Part shown: piece after piece, positions 27,201 through 38,600 of the stretch
Layout: the number at the start of each line of letters is the position of its first letter
Numbering within the stretch: position 1 is the stretch's first letter
Origin: Eutreptiella sp. 'Long Island Sound 2002'
Taxonomy: Eukaryota > Protista > Euglenida
Reading direction: 5' to 3'
DNA: 64,000 bases
Assembly (NCBI GenBank): GCA_964036045.1
Contig: OZ038378.1
Span: 74,090,001 to 74,154,000 of the forward strand
Translations under genes and position numbers: made by a program
The notes under the pieces: generated by a model
What the model was told of the DNA's origin: nothing
Database searches by the model: none
Seen by the model: the letters and a program-made list of their open reading frames with translations, nothing else

Positions 27201-29100
27201 GGAGGGGGCATATACAATGGAAACTACCGCGTAGCGTCCCACGTGCATGGACCTCAACAGGTTTACCGGGCTGAAACAATCGCCTTCGCGCTTGCCTCCG
27301 AACTGGCCAGCAAAGGGGACGAAATCGTACTTGACAACCAAGGTGTGGTGAAAGCCACCCCTACAAAACATAAAGGGGTAGTCAAAGACCAGGACTACCG
27401 CGACATAGGCTACCACAACGCCTCCTCGAAACGACTCACCATACGATGGACTCCTGGGCACCGCACCCTCGTAAAAACAACCACGTACAACGACTATAAG
27501 GACATAGGGGGGAACAACCACTCCGATGTGCTTGCGAATATGGGCGACAACCTGCCCATGGATTCCCAACAACCACAACCCCATGATATTGTCATCATCG
27601 GACAAATCATGCCCACGACTGCAAAGGCATGGATTATGCAAGTGCGTAGACAAAAACATACCCCGGAAGTATACTCGGTGAGCTAGCTCCCCATGAAACA
27701 TTACAGACGAAACGCGTGGACGCCATGGCTCTGGGGACAGTAAGGTGGTGGGGAACAGGTGCCCCGTGGGAGCGGTCCCCCACCCTATGCTCCAAATGTG
27801 GCCAACAACACGGGGCGTCGGTGCAGTCAAGAGTAGCGTACTGCCCCGCCTGGGGTGCATTCTCGGACCTGTGGCGCAGGAGGTGGACTGACTGGGCCCA
27901 GCACGCCTGCCAATGGCGAAAAACGGCCACCAGCCTTGAACTCTGGGTATGTGCCAGACCACTCATCCCGCTGGCCCTCATCAATGCCATCCCCACCACA
28001 GAAAGACACAAGCTACGGGCAGAGGTAGGCCTCTTTCAGTTCCGCATGATCCAAGCCGTCCAAACCCTAAGGCAGAAATTCACCGACCCCACACCGCAAC
28101 AGCTGCCATCACCCCTATGGCTGACTAAGTTTGTTGCGCAAACACTACCACCACGAGAAACGGCACAAAACCTACGCAACCACGTCGGAGCGCCAATGCG
28201 GTGCGATAGGAAACGTAAATGCAAGGCCTAGCTCGCGACAACGGAACCCATAGACCCCAAGCTGTGGCTCCGGGAGGCGCACGCTGCAAACGACGACAAG
28301 GCGGTGGCATGGGTTTTGAGCAATCACGAGGCAAACACGTTGAATCAGGAAGATCAAACTCAGAAGCGTCGACGCCTCGATGGTGATGCTAGCGTTGGAA
28401 CATTACCTAACGGCTTAGACAAGTTGGCAAAGGAGCACGCGCAACGCGCCCACAACGCGTACTGCAGCGCACACACATCAGAGGTAACACGGCGGCACCT
28501 ACGCGAACTACGCACAATATACGCCAACCCACGAACAGCCAAAACAGAATACCACCCCCTCGTGTCAAACGTGATCAAAGAATATGTAGCGGCACAACGA
28601 CTACACAACACATATACAACAATGTGCCAGGAACGCCGACAATGCTACGAACAGGCAAATCGCGACACAATGAAATGGTACGCGGACGTGAAAACATCAC
28701 TCCTTCCATACAAAAGATATGAGAGAATGTGCACAGACACCAACTTGCTGCTGGCCCACCACATGCGACAGGCACATTACACGTGGCGTCAATAGGAACA
28801 CATCATGAACTTGACGCAGGGGTTCAATAACAACTGCCTGCACAAAACAACACTATACTGGGACGCATCCACACAAGATCACCAGACAATATACCTCATA
28901 CGGAAACAACCATAGGAGCAATGGGACCCCATCTTGTGGGAAGTCTCATTACAACCCTTACCAAAACGACACAAAGCGCACTGGGATCCAAACGAGTGGG
29001 AAATCCCGCTAACACGACCACACCCACCTCAACGGGAAACCATGGGGGCCCAGCCACGAGCTGAAGCCCGTATGCACACCCTGGCACTGCCGAAATCTGT
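23908..29100 (+). pseudogene. ORF2 of copy B: hydrophobic leader - 2A-like - APE (24440-25115) - RT (25745-26800) - RNase H (27165-27560) - Cys/His knuckle (27788-27844) - C-terminal domain
   Basis: KLATWKIQG...CGIQE, MGDCNDD, LRLDAIL, PISDH; ALLDVAKAFPSV, GMKEGCPLSP, LYVFVDD; WDTDGS, RWTPGH; CSKCGQQHGASVQSRVAYC. Confidence 0.92.
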
Positions 29101-30739
29101 ACTTAGCTTTGAACGTGGCCCACAGCGGCTCCTGGCTCATTCTGAACCGTCCTATTTAATGAGAAAAAAAAACAAGTCATCTCTCGTAGTTAATGGCCAT
29201 GGCGAAAACGGTGCAACACGATATAAAAACAGGTAATCTGCAAGAGACGCGATGTCACTCGCAAGAAGAGGTGAAGTGTCAAAGGTTTTGGGCATCGTGC
29301 TAGGGGAACGGCACGATTGCATCCGTGGCGGAGGGCGATTCTTCTCGTGTTGTCTTTCGGAAGATCGTAGGGTGGACTTTGAAGTGGCCGTTCATTTGAT
29401 CAACGCGTGTTGTGGTGGCGATCTTATGCCATACAACAGGCCAAGTGCTGCAAGTGATCTCAAGTCATGTGCATCAGCAACACCAGCTGGGACGGGATCG
29501 GAGGCACTAAGTAAACACGTCCCTGCGCAGCGGAGAGCTCACTTTCTGAGTGTCTTTTTTTTGTCGTTTGACCCTCCATGCCCGTTTTGCCCGGGGAACG
29601 TGCCCCAATCGCCAATAAGAGGTCGTGCTCTCACATCTGACATGAAGTCCAAGCATCGTGCTATGGCAGGGCCTTGGGCCTTTTTCTTGACGATAGCCCT
29701 TTGGGAAATTAGGGGACACGGCGTACCGGGACCACTCCGGCAGGAGCCGGATATTGCCTACCCCCCAGGGGAACCCGTACTACCCGCCCTGTCGCACACC
29801 TTTCGCTTTATAAGCATGGGGAATATGACATCGTCCCCCGGGGCTGCAAACCGGGGTCGCAGCAGGGCGTCACCATGCAGCTCTGCCGACATCGACTTCA
29901 AACCACCAGCCCCAAACCTATAAGCAGGCCGAGATCAAATTTCCCATGGGCTCGATGGCACACTCCTGGCTGCGTCACCCACAGGCTACTCGGAGGACGA
30001 CGACGACCGACCCGCGAGGACAGCTGCATCACCAGCTGCTGGCCGAGGGAGTTCTCTGGATTGGCACAACACTAAGACCAACGCCCGCCGGACAACCTAC
30101 GAGGACCCAGTACCCCACGGATCTGATGGGCTGCCCCTGGAGGCATTAGCTAAGGACCATGCAGGAGATGACACCGTGAAATCCGCCAGGGCCGCCGCCC
30201 ACAAGTTTGCCAACCAAGGGGAATCACTAGAGCGAAATGGGACCGAAATCGCTGATCGCCGAGCAACCTCCAAAGACGCAGTAACCCAGAGACTCGATGA
30301 GATGACGCTGGGCTCGCCTACCAACGACCAGTCGGAGATCAACTTTGTCCAGTCAACGCGGAGCCCCGAGACTGAGGTCAACGATCACTGGGTGATCTAT
30401 GAGAGTATGGACAAGATGACGTTATCAAGGACCCCATCATTCCGGGCGCACAGCCGATTGCAATCAAAGATGGGATACGATCCAGCATTCCGAGGACCAA
30501 CTGGTCAACCGCAGAACGCCCTGCACAACGACGGCGCCCATCAAGCACCTGGAGGCCCTACGCAAGCAGCCGCCAACGTGGGTGACCTTCTGGACCGCTG
30601 CGAGCTTGAGAATGACAGCCGCGTCACCAGGTATGTGCACCCTCTAAACGTAGGCCGTGACCCGACGTGTGTACGTCAGAGAGTCACGACACCCGCACTG
30701 ATGGTGACGCTACGTCCTCCGAACTATAACTCAAAAGAT

Positions 30740-31091
30740 AACAGCGGAGCGGAGCCCTGCTCCCCACCATCAACCCACACAGAACCAATATCACATGAAG
30801 ACGCAACGGACGACCACAAGATAACACATGGTGGGGTGGAGCGGTGGTCCCCGCCGGAAAACCGGACTATGACCACGGTGCGGAGCCCTGCTCCCCGTCC
30901 AACACGACGCCGGAACCTCATACGCAATTGCGACGGCGGTGCGGAGCCGTGCTTCCCGTCAATTTCACACACAACACTAACAACATACAAAAACAACATA
31001 TCAAACCATGGACAAGTGAACGGTGGAGCGGAGCGCCGCTCCCCGCCAAGAACGTGCACCCTGACGACGGTGCGGAGCCCTGCTCCCCGTC
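30740..31091 (+). repeat. Two ~190-bp tandem units, each with three gcggagcc(c/g)tgct(c/t)ccc-type motifs
   Basis: Motifs at ~30745, 30835, 30880, 30940, 31025 and 31070; cggtgcggagccctgctccccgtcc occurs identically twice. Confidence 0.8.
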
Positions 31092-31307
31092 CATGGCACT
31101 ACCCAAACCACACCGTGGACGTCACGTATGACCCCACGAAGGGGCCAGACCAACAACTGGGCCTACACCCCGTGTTGATCGTGACACCGCGGCTCTTGCA
31201 ACTCTCGCAACGCTTACAATCTAGGAATTGTCGTAACACGGCCTTCTCACATCGCATCCACCCCTTCTTGCCAACCCACCTTGCGTGGCACTGTAGGTGG
31301 GCTGATC

Positions 31308-31520
31308 GTGAGCGGCGCCGGACCCCCGGTTTGCCTCCCAGCAACTGGGTCAGTCAAGGGCATCAAAAATGCCCTCCATCACCTCACGCCTCACCTACCC
31401 CCACCGCAACACCAGCGGCTGTTCTACCACGGGCAGCCGCTCGGAGACAAAGACCCAACCGCAACGACAGCACACGGACCCGTCCACTTGACGTTGCGTT
31501 TGGTGGGACTGAAGGGAGGA
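31308..31520 (+). CDS. Ubiquitin-like domain ending in Gly-Gly (copy C)
   Basis: LIVSGAGPPVCLPATGSVKGIKNALHHLTPHLPPPQHQRLFYHGQPLGDKD...PVHLTLRLVGLKGG in ORF 31281..31835. Confidence 0.8.
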
Positions 31521-33649
31521 GGGAGACGGTCAAGCAGGGACACGGATACCGAAAGCACCAGTGACAACGGCAGTGACAGCCACGGCCGCCGGAAAAAGTC
31601 CCGGAAACGCTGCTCCAAGGGCGAACTCACCCAGGCCTTGCGGGCAATGACGTCCCTTGCAAACTCTGTAGCAGAAATTTGCCGATCAATCCGGCAACCA
31701 CCGCAAACCGGGACACCCGAAGCCCCGCCACCACATGAACCAACGCAAACAGACACGGAGACCAACCCCGCGACCCAGCCCAGCTGCCACATGGCGAGCC
31801 CGAGCCACCACAAGCGCGTAGGCGCTATTGCCTGAACATCGGCACGCGCCACGGTGACCGGCAGGTCATTCTGCATGACCCCGGATATCAACCCCAACCC
31901 CCACCCCCTCCCCCGACACCGGTGGCAGAACTACTGTGGTTCTACCGCAACCGCTATCTCCTGGAAGTCCCCTGCGCGGTACTAGTCCTCCAACACGGCC
32001 ACAGGGGCATGACCCAACAACCCCACCGGACCCCCAGAAGGCGGAACCACACATGGGGCGGACGGCGGCACAGCCGGCACCCTACCACAGTGATGCACCC
32101 CTCCCACCACAGGCATAGTGCAGGCCACAGGCACAGTACAGAGCAGTGGTGGACAGACATGGCCGTCACGTGGTACCAGAGGACAGACCGGGGACATGGG
32201 CACAGTTCAGCGAACGAAATGCCGCCGCACTAGAAATGCTCCGCACTGACACCGGCGCAGACCCGCATGGAGGCTACATGTCGACCTGGCTTTCACGGGA
32301 CACGCCCCTGCCACCGGCAGAGTGCCCTCAGGACCATCGACACCAGCAAACGCACCAAGGTGGCTACCCGGCCTACGACACGCCACCGCTGCCGGGACAC
32401 CCGCGACAGCAACAACAGGTGCACTACACACCTGACGCACCGGGTCTCCGGCCCCCCATCTACCAAACCAACCCCCCCCCCCCCCCCAGCCACGTGCGGA
32501 AAGGGCGCCACCGCACGGAGTCCACGCGGAACAGGAACCGGAACAATCCAACTCGGGACAGATTGGAGTGTTCCCTTTCACCGGAGGTTGGGACGGTGTG
32601 GCCACACAGCCCGGTCAACAGGCACGACCGCCGCGACAGCAGCGATGGAAAAGGCGCCGGTCCAAGACACACAAAGGGGAACTGGGAACGGCCGTCCCCA
32701 ACATCCCCACCGTCGCACCCCCGGGCCAGCGCGCCTCCAACGTGTCCCCTGACGTGCTGAGGGAGGTTTGCGCATGCATGTGCATGAACGGGAGAACACG
32801 TGGACCGGTGCCTCTCTCCACCCACAACCTCACGCCCTCCTCCATAGTGATCATCACCACGGAGAGCCGATACCGGCGTGAGAAACCAAGGTCTGGAGCT
32901 GCCGACCGCGCTCACGACCCGCGACGCACGGACGACACGACATCCGCGCAATTAAGAGCGGCTGGAAACGGGACACATCATATAATCATGGTCTTAAGGA
33001 CACACCTACCGCGGCTTGCCCAGACCGCAGAGGCCATGTCTGCGAGGGACACGCACAGCGATGGGGCAGGCTACCACGCCAGCCGTTGTTCCCACGGCCG
33101 ACAGCCCCCGGCATTCACCCCGACACGCCGAGGCAGAACAGGCCGAGACAGGCAGGTACAGCGTCTGGGACGCATCATATAACTATGGCCTCAAGGACAC
33201 ACCCCTTGCGGTTGGCCACCAACCGTGGAAGCCATGCCCGCGTGAGGTACGGGCGGAGACGGGGCACGCCACCACGCCAGCCGGTGTGGAAACGGCCGAC
33301 GGCACCGCAGCAAGACAGGACCAGACAAGCAGACACAACCACCATGGGGTGTGCTGTCGCCCTAAGGCCACAGCGGCCTGGTGTTCGCAGGGCACTGCAC
33401 ATTGCAACGAACGCAAACCAGACGGCACTGTGACTGTGATCCACGGACCTGTGATTTGTGCACCACCTGCACACGTATGGGATTGTCAGCAACAGGCCGA
33501 GCCCCCCACCCCCCCCAAGGACAACACGCCCCCCTATGGGAGGGGGACCGCGCTGGAATAACCCACTGCCCCGCCGAAGGACACCGTACCCCCCCAACAA
33601 ACAGCAAATCAACCCTGCACGAGATGGGACGACACGCGACCACACCACC

Positions 33650-35615
33650 GATGGAGACATCGAGAAAAATCCGGGGCCCCATGACACAGGGTTGACACAG
33701 AATGAAATCCCGCCTCACCACAAGGCGATGGTCACGCGAGTGGCGAGTGAAATAGAGATGGCCTCCAACCCCCACTATCCCGTTAAACTATACAAATATG
33801 TGACCCAGGCACTCACGGAGGCACTCAAAAGCAGGCAACGGGCTTCCACCCCCCCTCCAGAAAACAACACACGCACACCACGCGCAAAATCGGCGTCCAC
33901 ATATGGCACCTCAGAAATTCCATCACCAGAGGTCACTTCATCACGCGGGATGCAACTCCCAGGCACACTACACTCACCCACCCCAGACACATCGGACTCC
34001 ACTGTGAGAACACAAAAGCATAGGTCACCGATGGGACTAAACATGACCACCGCCCTCGACCTGTTATGCCCCTGATGCCACATGGCTGATTTTGTCTACT
34101 CCCGCTGCACCACTTGTAAATACTTCGCCATACACCAACCGTACACCTCAAACATGGTGGCCCGCCGCTTGTACAAAGTAATGCCCCCGGTCACCTTGTA
34201 CCCAAGACAAGGATCCTGGCAAGGTGCCGATCCTACAACCACCACACACGCCTGCACGGCGTCACGGCCGCAAGCATCAATTACACCACCGACATCGCGA
34301 GACAACACGAACGGATGGGTACACAACGTCACCAACGACGGAGGCGTCGAGTCCAATCCTGGGCCCATTCCGCCGGGACCCTCGGCAAAACGCACACGCT
34401 ACAACCAAGACACCCCACCCACGTACAACACGCCCAGGATGTTACACAAGCGTACCATGGACAACCCAATGCTGCCTGAACAAAAACCACGACGCACACA
34501 AGTTGTGGACATAGTATACCAAGAGCACCACACACCAGCCCGGGTGTATAACCACCGCAAACGCAAAGCAGACGGCGTACCGGACTACCCACCTACGACA
34601 AAACGTCACATTAACGCGACCCACTGGGGTGCGCAACACACCCCCGGAGCACCGGTAAACATACGCCCGAAAAGGCCCTATGAGGACACCTTGGAACCCG
34701 CCACGACGGAACCACCACACAAAAAGATCCGCAAAACACAACGGCTTCGTAACCGCCCCTATCCAAGGCCGACAAGCTGGGACCACGACCCGAAACAGGA
34801 CGGGGACACAAAACCAAACCTCGGACTAACCCCACCCACACGAGTGGACCAAGCGACACAAACAACACCACTAAGAGATACGGGGATCCAGACACACAAC
34901 GTCCCACCTCCACCACCCCTACGGGCGGCACCTCCCCCCCAACAACCGAACAACCACACTGCCTCAAAAACGGGAAACGTGGACACAAGGGAGCAGCCCC
35001 GAGAGGACTGCCCCATATGTATCGACCACCCTGCAGACACAAGCCTAAGTTGCGGCCCAGGCAAGTCCCAACGACACCCGAATGGTGAGGTGCCCATTGT
35101 GCCGCCGCATGCTGGAACCAAGAGTACCCCCCCCCCCCCCGCCCCTGGACGACCCAACATACGAATACTGCTACGTACAAATATACAACAACCAACTACT
35201 TACGTACACGGACTATAGTTCGTCCCCCATCCCTCCCCTGCCGCCGGCATACAACGTATGGATGCAAGTCCCCAGCACGACCGGTCAACTGTGGGAGATA
35301 CACCTGAGCAATCACCCCCCCTACTACGCTGTTGCACGACACAAGCTGCATGGCCTTACGGACACAATATATGGTTTCCATATGGCCATATCACTACGGT
35401 ACCGGGTGAGAGTTTTAGCCCACCCCTTACAGCATGACCTACTCGTGGAATACGACATCACCGACTGGGTACCTGCACCTACGGGCTGAGACAACCTACG
35501 ACACACGCACCACACCGTTGATCTGCACGCCATACCGGACAAAAACCACCCACAACACACCGAATGGGTCCCAAATGCCACACACGATGGTGATTCGGAA
35601 CCAAATCCGGGCCCA
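33650..35615 (+). other. Four 2A/StopGo-like motifs in copy C (fifth removed by a deletion)
   Basis: 33650-33679 DGDIEKNPGP; 34337-34366 DGGVESNPGP; 34799-34828 DGDTKPNLGL; 35586-35615 DGDSEPNPGP. Confidence 0.85.
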
Positions 35616-38600
35616 GACAACAACACACCACCCCACGGAATGGTACGAACCCTGGTAGAAAACTATGAACGACATACGTCCGGACTGCACACCTACAATC
35701 ACCGGCCAGTGGATTTAGAGGAAACCCCCCCCCGGGCACCCACGAGGCAAACCCACACCCCCCACTAGAGGACAACATGGCACAAGAACCTCCTCAGAAC
35801 GGGGAGCCTAACACTCCCTCCGACCACCACGCATAGGGGTTTAACTACTCCCTCCCGACCCCCAAGGAGGACACACAGGCATGCACATTCCACGAAGACG
35901 ACAACGACCCCCTGGATAAACTCCCGATACATACACCAACGGAGCACCGGCTAATAGAAGAACTGGTGAAACTCAATACGGGAACACCACAGCAACTAAT
36001 GACAACGACATAACAGGAAACATTGAAAGCATCGCACATATACGACACACAAACCATGCTAAAAGTGCACTTAACCCAAAACCCAAACCGCGCGGTAACA
36101 ACGGAACACATCCGGCGGCAGACGCAAGACGGGGCATGGTATGACAGGAACACCTACCAACTACCCCTGTTTGCGCAACGCACGTTGCGCAACCTCATGA
36201 CGGTGATACACGAGGCAGACTGTGACAGCATACACACGGTACCGGAGATGGCCCAGGCAGAACGGTACACAATCCACACACAAGCCGACCATCAGGGGAA
36301 CCCAGACATCCGGAACAAAACATACCTACTCCCACCGGAACCCGCCGCAACCACGACCAACAGATGCACCGCGCGGCCATACAGACGGAATGGGGCGGAA
36401 GTGAGGACAAACACGTCGACCAAATCCCGCATGTCCTCAGCGACCCAGAGGCAAAGAAGCTGCTTTTGGCGTACGAAGCAGATCGACAAGATACCACAGC
36501 CCTGCAGACTTACCGCATTGATTGCCTGCATCGTGCAGCGCTACTGAAGCTAGCCGGCTACGTAAGGGGAGTTTATCAATTCGATAAATTGCCCATACGC
36601 AAGTGGTCCCCAGAACAAGAAAACTTAGTCGATCACCTACAGCCCAAACCCATCATGGTCCTGCACTTGGACAACACCATCAAGATGGGCCATGAGCCCG
36701 CACACAAAACCTACGCACTCACGAAGGGCACGCCAATACAAGTGGGACTGGAAGACCGCACGGATGCACTAAACCAGAAACGTTCAAAACTACGGTAATG
36801 GTTGAGTGCCCACCGGTCACGGGCATTAGGACACGAGACGCTTTTCTGAAACGGATAAATGGACACCAGTCTGACGTCGCTTCCACCCTAGCAAGGAAGG
36901 ACCCACACAACACTTTCCGGTGGAAGTGTGCATCCGAACACACCGCGGGACAAAGTGGATCACACGCCTGGAGACTACACCTTCCCATGTAGCTACTGCC
37001 CAAGCTGACGCAAGCACTACGAACAATCAAACAAGAGGAGGAAAACGCCGGAAACCCCGGACCCTACTTGCTCACTGAAACCGACTACGAAAGCCTGTAC
37101 ATCCTACGGCAACAGTACCCTGAACATAAGGAAGACGAAATCACGTTGGTACAGGAAATCCTGGACGACATAGACAGGGAACAACTGGAGCTACGAAGGA
37201 GCATCGCCTCCTTTCTAAAAGGCTCCCGACCAGCCGACTCCTACCGCTTACTAATACAGTTTCACCCAGACGCAGACTGACGCTTGATTGCCCAACTACT
37301 GAAGGGCATGAAAAGCTACGAACCGGTTCACGTGACAACAAACGTCATATTGAACCGAAACAACCGAACACAGTCAACAAGTCGCTTCCGGGTCATCCAA
37401 CGGCCACCCAAACCAACCAGATACGACGCCACGACGGTGTTCTTAGGGTGCACACAGGGCGCAGGAGACAATACGGCGAAGGTCGTAGCATCCTTCTTTG
37501 GATGCTGTAGCAGCTGGAAACCCGAACCCAACATGTGGAGCGACGCGGGCTGCACCCATGCCTCGCTCCAGTACCAACATGCCACAACGGTGGCCCTCAG
37601 CACCGGGCAATACATAGGAGTAGCACCCGCGAATACATACACCTAACACTAGGAGACAATAAGACGGACACACAGTTAACCGAACGCATCGACCAGATGC
37701 TCTCACAAAATATGCCGCAAGAAACGGGCAACGACGCGGCATTCCGGAGACGCATGAAGGCAGGAAAACAGCTGGGCGCTGGCATGATGACAGAGCGGGT
37801 CATCCGGGAAATCAACAAAGAAAAGTAGTTGCTCGCAGAACCCGAACCCATCAAGGTGGCAAACTGGGACAAGTCCATCATGAACGAACTCGGCCATACC
37901 AATGACGACATGACGCCAACAGACCTCCAACCGCAACTGGACACGATGGACACGGATGCAAACGTCGACAAACAAACCAACGACAAAGGCCTTCCCATAT
38001 CTGCACACCCACGAACGACACCCCAGGCGCAGAAAACAAAGGCACACAACAAAACACCACAAAAAAGCCCCACAAGGACGACACCACCACCAAAAAAGAC
38101 GAAGGCAACACCGGCATCACCACAGCCCAACCAGAAAACGGACGGGATGGGCGCTTTCACCGCCGACACCAAACACAAAGGGAAAGGGAAGGGGCTGTCA
38201 AAAAACCCACAAGGCAAAGGGAAAAAGTGAGGTGCCTTTTCCTCATGCCCTTCATAGCCGTAATGGCCCTCCTCCTCCTCTTGGTCCCCACCACACATAT
38301 AGAAGGACCAGTACTCCTTCTCCTTATGATTCGGAGAGTGCGCAGGCGTTATGCCTTGCCACCCCGATACGGGCACAAGAACAAGCAGGACCCTGCCCCG
38401 CACAAGGCTCCGTTACCCTACAGCGCCGGGCCAGTGTGCTCCACCTGATCAGCCAATGTCGTATCGAGCTCTGCGGCATTCAAGAATACAACCTGTATTT
38501 CCCGTTGCCGGAGGCAGCCACTACCGCACTCAACGACGACTACAAGTGCTACGCTGCACCAGGGAACGAACCACGGGTAGCATTCATCATCTGCAACACT

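Larger units (their letters stand above)
18800..29172 (+). mobile_element. Non-LTR retrotransposon copy B (5'-truncated within the repeat region, inactivated)
   Basis: Colinear with A and C from ~18800 (matches ~33170); ends cctatttaatgag-A9 (29164-29172). No TSD found. Confidence 0.93.
29816..31564 (+). pseudogene. N-terminal polyprotein segment of copy C (starts MGNMTSS; one in-frame TAA at 29921-29923)
   Basis: ATG 29816 is in frame with ORFs 29252..29923 and 30176..31564. Manual translation of 29924-30175 in that frame has no stop. Confidence 0.55.

Noticed and set aside
29538-29815. HDV-like ribozyme/Pr77-type signature at the LINE 5' end
   Set aside because: I could not assemble the nested pseudoknot by eye; a covariance-model search would be needed.
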